A DNA stretch of 61,264 nucleotides, counting the filler, from Asterionella formosa (Eukaryota): NCBI GenBank assembly GCA_002256025.1. It is 17 parts of 17 records of this genome, joined end to end, with 100 filler letters (N's around TTAATTAATTAA, not from the genome) between each part and the next. Parts side by side here need not be neighbours in the genome. Positions count along the whole stretch, not along the records: positions 43,360 to 46,862 come from NKIB01014096.1; positions 46,963 to 50,464 come from NKIB01014097.1; positions 50,565 to 54,065 come from NKIB01014099.1; positions 54,166 to 57,665 come from NKIB01014100.1; 13 more parts are not named here. The stretch is one strand, 5' to 3'. Position numbers and translations under genes: made by a program. Position 1 is the stretch's first letter; every line of letters begins with the position of its first letter. Below are positions 44,477 through 56,352 of this stretch, in pieces. Under the pieces are notes generated by a model, which saw nothing but the letters and a program-made list of their open reading frames with translations, was not told the DNA's origin and searched no databases.

Positions 44477-45443
44477 ACTCAGATTCTGAAACTCATCTGA
44501 ATACATGCTGCAAATACCATTTCCTTTCGATCCGATTCTGTTTTATCTATTTTGATTTCCTAATCATAAGAACCATGAGAAGAAATTACTCGCTCATGAG
44601 CCATGTTTTGTTTATGTATCGTCACTGAAGTCCCATTTTAGCATGCTCCACTTACCAGAAATCGATGAACTTTTCGCATAATTCAGTAAAATAATGTGTC
44701 AGTCAATGATCATGACATAAGTATAAATCAATAAACCGTTTCACCAATGTCATTCATAACTTACAACAAAAATCATTCATTAAAATTATCCTGAAAAATT
44801 GAAAAACATACATGTGTCAGTGATGTTCTGACAGCGGATCATTGATCCAACAAGAGCATTTACAAGTTTTTGGTCGACATTGGTGGTATACTGCTGAATG
44901 CGAAATGTGCTTTTGAATTGCTAGGGAAGGAGGCAATCATTTAATCTTTGTGAACCCAACAATTGATCACCTTGGCATGTACTCTTGACATACCATAGCT
45001 AGATTCAGTTCACTCTTGTCAATTTTCAATCCTTCTAAGCCGCAAGGTTTATCATCATTGTGTGTGTTGAAGCATCGTTCTTTCAGTTTTCCTTGTCACA
45101 GGGCAGAGATTATCTTTCATTTCAGGATTATGTCATACCGGTAGGCATAACAAGGAAACTCTAAACATGATTTCAAATGTATAGGCTATGTATACATTTT
45201 TTAAGATTTGACACTATCATCAATTAAGCTTATACATAATTCAAATATACAATGCATGAGGATATCATTGTTTTCCACGACCTGATGTACTGTCTTTGAA
45301 TTTTTTCGCATCAATTCTTGTACCTACAAGTAAGTAATTCAATTAAATCCCTCAATTAGCGGGAGTCATACGAAATTTTTAGATGGTACAAATCATAAAA
45401 TATTAACCAGTAGATGAATCGCTCGAATCAATCTTTATGATTC

Positions 45444-45765
45444 ACAGATCATACCTCCTGGTTAGAAATGATTTCCAATAAATAGGATCACAAATGACAC
45501 TTTTTAGCTTTTTTGATCTTACTTTGAACATGAATATATCTTACTACTAAAAATTACAGATCATACTTTGGTTAGATAAGATTGTCAATAAATAAGATCA
45601 CAGATAACAATTTTTAACTTTTTAAATCTTACTTTCAACATGAATACTTTCAACATGAATATATCTTACTACTAAAAAATTACAGATCATACTTTCTGGT
45701 TAGATATGATTGCCAATAAATAAGATCACAGATAACAACTTTTAGCTCGTTTGATCTTACTTTTA
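45444..45765. repeat. Tandem repeat of ~113-126 bp, about 3 units
   Basis: ACAGATCATAC...GGTTAGA...CAATAAATA.GATCACA.AT.ACA...TCTTACTTT starts at about 45444, 45557 and 45682. Confidence 0.9.
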
Positions 45766-46483
45766 ACCTAAGTAAGAGGTGACAATGGATATCAATGTCA
45801 CCTTGTTTGTACGAGAACAACGTGTTATTGCATCCCCTCTATCACCAATAGACGATACCAATGTCGTCACCTTGTCTCTATACATATATGAGTATCTATC
45901 ATGTCTTCGAAACTATAGATTGCTACAGCAGATATGTACATAAACCCATGTACGACTGTCTTACTCATGCAACACGAATGATTCAAATTCAGATTGAGCG
46001 GTTGTTGATGTTTGCAGCCAGTGATGGTATACATACAAAAATGCATGTATCGATATATATAAACATACAATATTCTACATGACGATAAATATTATTTATA
46101 TTTGATGATAAATCGAATTTATATGATCATATGATCCCCATTAAAAGATGCATCACACAAATTAGATGTTTTCTATTTGCAGACGTGTGTGGCCATTTTT
46201 GGCATCATGGAGTCAGTTTGCTTGCCCCTGCTGCCTTTCTAAGTAGATCTTGTTTGCTCTCCGTTAGTGGTGGGTTTCCCGCTGTTGCTACCAGTGGTTC
46301 CCCATGTATGATAACTCAACAACTAACCTTCGAATTAATTTCAAGTACCTCAACCTCCCTGCAATGTTGCCATTTCTTTTGGAACATTTGCATCTACTAA
46401 ATTTTGGCCCGCAAAGATTTAACTGGCACCTAAAAGTACAAAAAATACAAAATTTACTGTTTTGTAGTTTGCACTGTTATTTC

Positions 46484-46594
46484 TAACAGTAAAAAATTTG
46501 TGTTTGTGTTGACCAAATTTTGGGGTTATGAGTACAGTAATTTATGTCATAATACACATAATATAATTTTTTTTCTCAATTTCGAAGCGCGCCC
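46484..46594 (-). mobile_element. Diverged terminal region of PIF/Harbinger-type element, copy 3
   Basis: GTAAAAAATTTGTGTTT...TTTTGGGGTTATG.GTAC...AGCGCGCCC|ACT matches the ends at 15557 and 32182. Confidence 0.6.
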
Positions 46595-49256
46595 ACTTTC
46601 TCACCAGATCCTATCTTATATCCTGACGAAATATTGAGTTGACTTATGTACACCAAAAGACTGTACGAAAGCATATATGGAAAAGTTGTGTAGTTGTGAA
46701 CGCTCCGTTGAGCGTTCTACATATCTATTTTAGAGGTGAAAAGTACGTGTCTGATTAGTCTGACTCAATATTATTTTTTAAACCCTACCTCGAGCTAGTG
46801 TGTCAATTGCAGGAACCTTAATATATACACGTACATACCGGTAGCTGCTTGCGATGTGCGGTNNNNNNNNNNNNNNNNNNNNNNNNNNNNNNNNNNNNNN
46901 NNNNNNTTAATTAATTAANNNNNNNNNNNNNNNNNNNNNNNNNNNNNNNNNNNNNNNNNNNNTTTATGGAAATCAATCGGGTGGGACCAAAAACTAACAA
47001 GCGAACGTTGATAAGAATACAAGAATAATATAAATGAAAATGATAATATAGTTTCACATAGTACTAGTTAAGTTATTAGGACGTTTTCACAAACTACAAT
47101 GTCCTATGTTGATCCCAATGGTCCATTATTTCAAAGAACAAGTTGTCTTTTTTAACCTAAGATGGTCCTTCTCGTTTTGTCCGAAATTTTTCTTCTCCAC
47201 TGTTCAACTGGAAATCGATATGATTCTGTAAACGTTTTCAATTTGATTCCAGAAGGGCTATCATATCATCAGTTAAAAAATATGTTTTCAACTTTTTGTC
47301 AATTTTGATGCATCCAGAAATGTGGCCAAGAGGTGCATGATTATACCATTTGAAGGGAGCAACTTTTTCATTCATTTGTTGGATCATGGATTTTACGTAG
47401 ACAACATCATCCTTCTTGAAAGAAGAATTGCACAGCAGTCGTCCAAATACTTCGTTCTACATTTTTAAATCTAAATAAGAGCTCAAAACTTTGTTGATAC
47501 AAAATTGAAGGACAGTGATTTCCAACTGAAACATATTTTGTAAATTTCATTGTCACTTGATGCCAAACTGTTCCAAGATAAAAGTAGGTTGACTTGGTTG
47601 GTGGGTCAGATGTAACAGATAGGAAATTGTCCTTTCGATCTGTTGCTACCACCTGACGTTTTAAAACTTTCCAGGACTCTGTCTCCAAACGGAATTGAGC
47701 CCGGTTGCCAAGAAATTTGGTTTTGCCATTTGTCCTTTCTAGTTGCAATAGAGTTTCCAACACTTTCACAATTGTAAATGGTCCAAATGACAATCCATTA
47801 TCATCTTCTGGTTGAAAGAACATGGAATCGTGTTCAGTGGCCATAATGATCTGCAATGGTGCTTTAGAGCCAGTACAGAAAGATTCCAATGAACCAATTT
47901 CTTCAGGTATATGGTATTTGTGTGGAAGATATCCTGTATCCTTGCATAACAAATCCAATTTCATTCATCGCATGAACATGTTCATCAAATGAATGAGAAT
48001 CACTGAGTTCTTCTTCATTATCAGCGATTTCAGGAGAATGATCAGAATACGACACTGGATGGAACTGTGACTCTGAAGAAATAGAGTCTTCATCCGCAAA
48101 GTACAACAGTTTGGGTTTCTTTCGCTCTTCGAAAGCAATCTTTCCTTCTTTTCAATCTCTGCCACTATATTATCGGCATACTTGCTTCATTATTTTTTCT
48201 GGAGTATTATGAATCGGTTCAAATTTATCTGATCGCTCTTTGAGTGTATTCAAAGGAATCTTCGATTGATTTCATGAGTTCATTCATCTTCTTTTCCGAA
48301 AACATAAAGTCGTGTAGTGTAAACAATGGAAGTAAGTCACGTTTTTTGTTTGACTGATCCTTTGCATGAATTCCATGAAAAACCATTTGGAAAGTTGTCA
48401 AAGTGCCAGAAGACTATGATGTAAAACAGTGGAAGGGAAATGCGGAGCTTTTTGCGGCGCTTGTGGAGGTGCAACTGGTGTGATGGTAACCGAGTGTAGT
48501 AATTGTTGAACAGAGGACAGTGTAATATGCATGTTTGGCCAGCGTAGTGTTACATAATACATATGCCGGTAAATATAGCTATAACAAGAAAGAACGACAA
48601 GACAATTGAATGTGATGGCTGGTTGTTGAGGATACCAGTATGTGATATGCATCAATCGACAGCACAAATCATCTTATGGTGATGTACATATCAATGCATC
48701 TGTATACTTAGATCCTATTCACAATATAATACTATCATATTAACTGTTGGCTTTTACTGAATATATTCAAGTCGAATATATATATTAAGTAACATACTTT
48801 CTGATTGATTGATCTTTCTTCTATGATGTATTGATAATACTTGCGTTCATATTTTATCATTGTATTTTTTTAACATAATCAAATTTTGATTAAAAATATA
48901 TCATAAACATTTTATTGAATCATCATAGTTTTATGATCAATGTGTTAATATCTGCATATGATGCTCCATTCATGCGCCGTACGAACCATACCGGCGCAGC
49001 CACCAGATTAGGTACATGCATGAGTGCTAACAACGATGTACTCGAAACAGCAATAGAATAGTCATAATATTGTAGTTCACCTTTATTCATGACAAGGTTC
49101 CCCTCAACAGAACTACAATATCTGTTCTCTCTCTCTTGTCCGCACCTGTGACGTTGCGGCTCTTGTCAACAGTGCAAACCAGCACTGGTCTCAACAATCA
49201 ACCGTCCAGTACCGCTTGCCCATTTGCTGCCCCTGTCTCTCAGGCCTTCTTCCACC

Positions 49257-50464
49257 ATGACGACTCCAATCGCTTCCGCTGTTTTCCCATTCCCTCATCC
49301 GCTTTTGACGCCGATCGAGGGCAAACCTACAGCCTTCACTGTAACCCGCCTTCGCAAGGAACTCTTTGCCAACGCTCGCTCTGTCCACTGTACCAGTGGT
49401 GGTGTTGCCAATGGTTTCCTTGGTATTGTCATGGCTGCTGCTCCTTATCTTTTACGTGCTGGTGAACCCTTTTTACCGCCCGAACATCCCGGCATCCAGC
49501 CGCCACACAGTGCTACTGCAACACAGTCCCAAATCACTGCTGCCAACCGTCTTTTTGACACCTCCCTTGACCCATTCCGCCGTTACTCCCAAATCCGTGA
49601 AATTCTCCGCCAACTAATTCTCACAGCCATTGACCCAACTTTCTACAACGTTCTGGAAGATGCTACATTTGGATATGCAGACATCACTATTCTGACCTTG
49701 CTTGCTCACTTAGAATCTACATATGCAACATTGAGTGCAGATGATTTAGAACTCAATCGCATGCGCTTGGCCGATGCTTGGACACCAGAGGAACCTATTG
49801 AACATTTATGGATCTGCATCAAACATCTTCGTGCCATTGCCGATGCTGGTGGGGAAACTTTCTCTGACAGTACTGTCATGCGATTGACTCTTTCTGCTTC
49901 AGAACAGGCTGGTGTATATTCGCATAGCATTCAAACTTGGCGTGATCGCGCTGAGATGGACCGTACATGGGTTAATTTTTGCCCGCATTTCATGCATGCT
50001 GATAAGGAACGATTGCGCCTTGCCACCACCACCACTGCTGGTTATCATGGTGCCCATGCTGCCATTCAAACCAGTGGCCCTCCCCCATTGCCAGGTATTG
50101 CTGCAGCTGCTCGTGCTGTCCCTTCTGGATACACTTACAACAATGTCCAATTAGGCTATTGCTGGACTCATGGTCTTACCAAAAACCCTGACCATACCAG
50201 TGCAACTTGCAATCATCCAGCTTCTGGCCATCAACTCAATGCCACCCTTGATCGACGTCTGGGTGGCAGCGTTCGTATTTTCAGTGATGGTACCCGTCCT
50301 ACCCGGCCACCCCGTGTTTCACCACCACCTTCACCACTTGCTTGATGTGGAGGGGAGCAAGTTGCTGTCGATAATACTATTAACACAAACTTATCTCCCA
50401 TCACTTGTCCCCCCGTCACACTCATTGCTGATTCTGGTAGTTCTGGCAATTACGCCACTGTTGA
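49257..50464 (+). mobile_element. Copia (CoDi-like) gag ORF (49257-50345) followed in frame by the start of the protease
   Basis: Gag motifs LTPIEGKPT...LRKELFANA, GG...GFLG, and zinc knuckle YCWTHG....HTSATC. After TGA 50343-50345 the frame continues to LIADSGSSGNY up to the contig end. Confidence 0.85.
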
Positions 50465-50564
50465 NNNNNNNNNNNNNNNNNNNNNNNNNNNNNNNNNNNN
50501 NNNNNNNNTTAATTAATTAANNNNNNNNNNNNNNNNNNNNNNNNNNNNNNNNNNNNNNNNNNNN

Positions 50565-51075
50565 GACGAACTCGATCCAACATGCAATACTTGAGGTTAG
50601 CTTCCAAGTAGTTATAAATGTTTTCATTTGTTACTTCTTTCATAGAACCACCAGGAATAAGTTCTACCTCCTTGCGGATACCAAGAGTCTCTTCAGTAGC
50701 AGTGAAATCAAGACATGTCATTGAAACATCCTCCATATTAGAGAGCTTCTTAAGAGACTTGTAATACTCATCATCCTCATGCTCTAAATCTTGAAAGGTA
50801 ATTGGCAAGCCCATCAGATGTTTGTAGAGATGACGGACCAAATGTCCTTTCATAAGTTGCCGATCAAAGAGTGCTCAGCCCATGACACGGCCAAGGAATC
50901 GATAATAGACAAGATAATCATCAGGGCCTGACCCTAACCCTATCATGGGAAGGAGGATTTATTTATGATGTGAATAATAGCAAAAAATTGATCCAAAACA
51001 ACATAGCTACAACCATGACTCACTGCTTGGTGGATTAATGGTCATGCACACTTGATTGTGTGCCGAGGACAACCA
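50565..51075 (-). pseudogene. HECT E3 ubiquitin ligase (NEDD4-like) fragment
   Basis: YYRFLGRVMG*ALFD.Q...GHLVRHLYKHL...FQDLE...ELIPGG...VTNEN, with an in-frame TGA at 50875-50877. An upstream exon piece (NQVCMTINP) is followed by a GTGAGT donor. Confidence 0.8.
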
Positions 51076-51351
51076 TTACCAAAAAGTGCAGTCCCTCCCT
51101 TTTCTTTGGCTGCTCGGTTGACTTCCATTACTTCTGGAGCCATGGGTGAAGCTCCTCTTCCAGCCAGATAATCTTTTGAAGCCGTGAGTGAGGTTCCTGG
51201 TTGTAACGTTTCCGAGGGTCTCCATTGATGACGTCGTCTCGTTGAGCCCAGGAAGATGTATCTGATTGTGAGTGACTGGATGGTTCTGCTGCTACGACAC
51301 TGAGGCGACCGTGAGATATCAGGAGTAGTTGCTTATTTGCGCTGGTGTTGA

Positions 51352-51529
51352 TGAGTTGCATTTCAGTTTTACCGGACACTGAGGTCGGTGGTGTGTTCCG
51401 TTACAAATGACAAATTCTCACTCGAGTAGGTATGCAAATTGAGAAACGGAATCCAGAATCAGCTTGGATGTAATGCTTGATGTCGAAATCGAGCATCACA
51501 TCATCAGCATATCACTCACACCGGGAGCG
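51352..51529. repeat. Dispersed repeat with conserved hairpin (copy 2)
   Basis: Shared with 15965-16131; hairpin at 51467-51502. Confidence 0.85.
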
Positions 51530-51719
51530 GTTTACTGTGCCACTATCGCCAACCCTGTAATTCGTCCGACGGATGGTTGCTCAATCGTTGCTGAATAGCT
51601 ATGTATGATACTTCAATTTAATTGGTGTACCTGTTGGCTTCGCTCTTTCCCGGACTGTCATTTCATTCTGTGACGCGTGACCCTAAGGACAAAACGGAAT
51701 CATCCTTTCTGTCGACGGA

Positions 51720-52995
51720 ACAAACACAGTTCCCGATTCATACAGCACTTATTGCATATGAACAAACCAAGGACACAGTCCTAACAAATATAATGCAGGC
51801 GGACAAATCCTCCTGCTTCACCAAACGTGTGATTGAAGGGAATGCAGTCATTATGCACAGGGAAAAAATTTATGTGCATCCACGACCACAAAGCATTCTA
51901 TTCGATAATGGTGGGGAATTTAAGAACTTATTTAAAGCTATGTGTTCGATAATGGTGGGGAATTTAAGAACTTATTTAAAGCTATGTGCGATAACTACTG
52001 GCTTAAATCTACACATACCATGAGTTATAACCCGCAGGCCAATTCTGTCCTCGAACGTGTTCACCAGGTATTGGGCAAAATGTTGTGCACGCAACGCATT
52101 GCTGATACTATCTCGGTTGAACAATCCTGGGATAATTTCCTTGCCGCGGCTGCCTGGGCTATTCGCAGCACGTGCAATACGACTCTTGACGCCACTCCCG
52201 GTTAACTGGTTTTCGGGCGTGACATGCTCCTCAATATTGCCTTTAAGGCGAATTGGGAGGCCATCCGCCACAACAAACAGGTCAGCATAAATGCTTCGAA
52301 CGCCAAGGAAAACAAATCTTGTATTCCCCATACGTATAAGATCGGTGACCAAATCACGGTCATCCGTCCAGGACTCCTCCCGAAATTGATAAGCCCCACT
52401 GATGGGCCACATACTGTCACACAGGTATATACAAATGGCACTGTCCAAATACTCCGTGGCATCGTGTCTCAGCGTCTTAACATTCGCCGTGTCCACCCGT
52501 ATTTTGCCTCGGCAATTCATGGGGGCAAGTGACCTATGGTACAGTATGTACCACGCTAGAACTATATAATGTTAACCTTATAGGCTCTTCTATGCAGACC
52601 ATATACTTGTTTACTCTCACTGTCGAGATTTACACAATACACAATGTGTATGTATACCAGGTCAACCCTAATGAAAGGTGTACCCTTTCATATTACGCAC
52701 ACAACTACCATGGTACCCTTATGTAGTACACATACATGTACACGGGATTGATCATGATTAGTACGTGATGCTATATACTAGCCCATAGTACATATTGCAT
52801 TATGTACCCGCAGCTATGTATGCTACGAGATAAGTATTGGTATATAGCTATGTACCTCTAGAATAGATGCACGTACGAATGCTAGGCTAACATGACACCT
52901 AGTAATATGGACTCTTGACGCCTAGCTAGTACGTACACCTCTCATTAAGGCCCTTGTGAGTCCCCTTAACTATGAGCTAGTAATATAGATACACT
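51720..52995 (+). mobile_element. Ty3/Gypsy integrase 3' fragment, polypurine tract and probable 3' LTR
   Basis: FDNGGEFK, NPQANSVLERVHQVL, FGRDML, GPHTV..VYTNGTV...NIRRVHPY. The purine tract GGGGGCAAG is followed by TG at 52530. The LTR right boundary is uncertain. An exact 44-bp tandem duplication lies at 51901-51988. Confidence 0.8.
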
Positions 52996-53159
52996 AATCA
53001 TTAAGCTCATAATTAGCTATCCAGAACCTAATTGTTGAATCCTGACAACTGTAGGGCATTATAAATTTATAATCCTTTTTAGAAAGAGATAAGTAATAAC
53101 TGAAATAAAATTTAAAACAAACGATTACATCTCCTACTGTCAATACGACAAAGAATGGA

Positions 53160-53500
53160 ATGATGGAAGCCCTCCTGCTACAGCAGAGAGGACCTCCTCC
53201 CATTCCATTCAAATCGGATTGTTCGAGTAAAAACGTGACTGCCCATGACCAGTATGTTTCGGTACACTTGCGCATTGACACCAGGTTTGAAGCAGCAGGC
53301 ACGTTCGAGCAGAAGGTGAAAACCTTCGCCAACAGTACTGCCGAGGAGTAAGTACATTAGGTGGAAATTAGCATTTGCCAATGTTATCAGGCTTAAGCCC
53401 CTGGAGACTGGCATGGCAAAAATCGTCATGGCTAATGTCCTGTTAACAGGCGCAGCCAAAGACGCATTTGGTAGTACGAACAACTTCATGAGGAAATAAA
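53160..53500 (+). mobile_element. Degenerate LTR-retrotransposon gag N-terminal fragment
   Basis: PPPIPF...KVKTFANSTAEE, then after a frameshift IRWKLAFANVIRLKPLETGMAKIVMANVLLTGAAKDAF, resembling diatom retrotransposon gag. Confidence 0.5.
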
Positions 53501-55885
53501 CGCGCTAAACAACCCGCGTGCATATGTCTACACACAAAAAACACGTAAATCAGGACGGGACTCAGACCAATCATCCAAAGTCAATCATGATACTGTAGCG
53601 AAAATGATGAGTGATTGCAGAAATTACATGCGCAAACGGGATAAGACGCGTACTCCGCGTGCTACTAGATACCGGCGCAAGTGCCTCGATCATTTTAGCA
53701 AAATATACGAACCCAACTTTAATATCTACCACCATAGATAGTACAAATAGTCCTACCTTACCCACGGGCCAACGCCCCGACGGGTAGGGCAGACCGCGTA
53801 CTGGTCAAGACTGGGGCTGCACACAGGTTTTTAGTGAGTGAAAGTCTCACACTACCTCGCCCAGGTGAGAGGGGCGGGGTGCCTCACCGGACACTGGGAC
53901 ATGATTGGATGACGGGGTGCCTCAAAAACATTCCTGAACACATGAACTGGTGGGAGGAGTTCGAATCCTCCCATGATGCCCCCCAAGCACCCCACATCGA
54001 TGGGGCAGGCGGGCAAAGCGGCCGGATAGGTTTTCTCCTGGCGCCTTGGAACAGCCCAAAAAAAANNNNNNNNNNNNNNNNNNNNNNNNNNNNNNNNNNN
54101 NNNNNNNNNTTAATTAATTAANNNNNNNNNNNNNNNNNNNNNNNNNNNNNNNNNNNNNNNNNNNNTTCTTCAAAAAGTGTGTATAACATACCTCTGCAAA
54201 TAAAAAGTCTTATGCATATAGGATCAAGGGTATTGTACGCTAAGTGGCACAGGATTTTCGTATATATGATAATTTTTGGATCAAAACTATGATCAAGGTA
54301 TCCTATAACTATTATGATTTATTAATATTTTACCAACCTTGAAGTATAATGATAATAAGAACATTATCATCACACAATGTATATCAACTGATCAACAACA
54401 TTACTCATCAACATCATAAACCTTCTTATATTATTTTCAATTCTTGTGATTGCCCGATGTAAATTATTACTACAATGCATCCTAAAATCAGCTCAACTCT
54501 ATGCTATCATTTAAATTTTTTCATCGTAGATCTATTGTAAACATGATCATAATTCTAATCACAAGCATTGTTCAAAATAGATTGAAATGGATTGTAATTT
54601 AACTATCAAATTTAGCAATGCTATCTATTATTCTACATGCCAGCGACCCAACGTTTCTCTCTCAACTCGGCTCAATGTATATTGTTCCTGTCTCGCTCTT
54701 TTCTTCCTCTTTTCTGAATCTTGTGCCAAGCAATGCCTTCCTAATGTTGCGTCTCTCTCCCTGCTGTTAGTGTCATTCTGAACTCGCCGACTATTCCGTT
54801 GTTTGATCTGTTTTATTGTCATTTGCAGTTACAGTATCAATGAGAAGGAATGCATTATTAGCTAGACATGTTACACTAACACAACATCACGCCATTCTAT
54901 TGTTTCCTCTTGCTTCAGCCAGCCACTTACCACAAATCAAAGCAAGTGATGCATAAGTCTGTAATAATAAATTGTCAGTAATTTCTTGAATAAGTATGTT
55001 TCAGGTATCCAATGTTGTCGAATAAAACTTACCGATTCATTTTCGTTAGCTTAACTTTGAGAGAAGGGAAAGTGGCGTGTCTGTCAGTTATGTTCCATCA
55101 AAAGTGAATAAGTCCAATGACAAGAGCACTTACCAATTTTGCTTTGTTTTGTTTTACATTGGTGCTCCCCAACAAGCGAAACGAGCCGTTGAATCAACTG
55201 AGAAAAAAGGAAATGTGTGTTTAGATTACAAATTGTTGTTGTCCTGCGGCCTCCCAACGATTGTCATCCAAGTACCACATTGATGGCTTCATTACCTTAA
55301 ACATACTCCATCCTTCGAAGGCGCAATGTGTCGAAGCCACAATGTTTTTCGTTGTTGCGTAAACTTTCTTTTCTTGTCATGTGCTTTACTATGATATTTC
55401 CTTTCATGAAGCAGGCATTGTTTGTTAAGATGACTAAACAATTTCAAATATATTTGCCATATATATATAGTTATAAAATTTGTAAACATATAAATATATC
55501 AAGTGTTGAATATCTATACAAAGGCACTTTCAATATGGCACGTCTGGTAAATATTGTTGAGATGATCATATTCGCATATAGATAATTCGAAAATATTCAA
55601 TGCACGATATGTCCATTGTTTTCCATGATTTCGTGTACCGGTACTGTCTTTTTGAAATTTGTTTGCATCAATATTTTCTACGTCTGTTGGAACTATTTAT
55701 TTAGACCACTCAATTTTTTCATTTGAATCATTCTTTATACGCAAAGATTTTGGTAGCAATTTGTTTAAACCCTTTTTTGGGCGGGAGTTCTTCATGTGTA
55801 CCGTTACATCATATGACAATAACATTTTATCATACATATACAGAGTACCAGTAGCAGGTAGGAAGCGATATACTGGGGGTAGCAG

Positions 55886-56352
55886 GTAGTCAGAGTACCA
55901 GGTAGTAAGCAAGCAAAAGAACAACCATATGATCATGACTCTTGCTACTGCAGTGGGACAGTAAATCATCATAGTTTTAGGATCGTATGATCAGAAAATT
56001 GAAAAAGGATAGTCGGAGTAGCAAGCGAGCAACAGAGCACCATATGTTCATGACTGCTGCTACTGCAGCGGGACAATAAATCATCATAGTTTTAGGATCG
56101 TATGATCATAAAATTGAAAAAGAATAGTCGGAGTAGTAAGCGAGCAACAGAACACCATATGTTCATAACTGTTGCTACTGGAGCGGGACAGTAAATCATC
56201 ATAGTTTTAGGATTGTACGATCGTAAAATTGAAAGAGAGTAGTCGGAGTAGTAAGCGAGCAACAAAACACCATATGTTCATGACTGCTGCTACTGCAGTG
56301 GAACAGTAAATCATCATATTTTTAGGATCGTATAATTGTATGATTGAAAACA
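55886..56352. repeat. 115-bp tandem repeat, about 4 units
   Basis: AGTCGGAGTAG.AAGCGAGCAACA recurs at 56011, 56126 and 56241 (period 115), with a variant first unit at about 55888. Confidence 0.95.

Noticed and set aside
46963..48300. Minus-strand ORF fragments (47407-47964 and neighbours) as a named gene
   Set aside because: They look like a decayed coding region, but no motif could be recognised.
51901..51988. Exact 44-bp tandem duplication read as a programmed feature
   Set aside because: It frameshifts an already dead integrase, so it is most likely slippage or an assembly artefact.
53900..53985. Functional tRNA gene, including tRNA-Sec
   Set aside because: Only a T-arm-like hairpin is present; I could not build acceptor, D and anticodon arms.
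55886..56352. CRISPR array (also considered for 45444-45765, 44297-44476 and 58742-58968)
   Set aside because: Whole units repeat with no unique spacers, there are no cas genes, and the context is eukaryotic.
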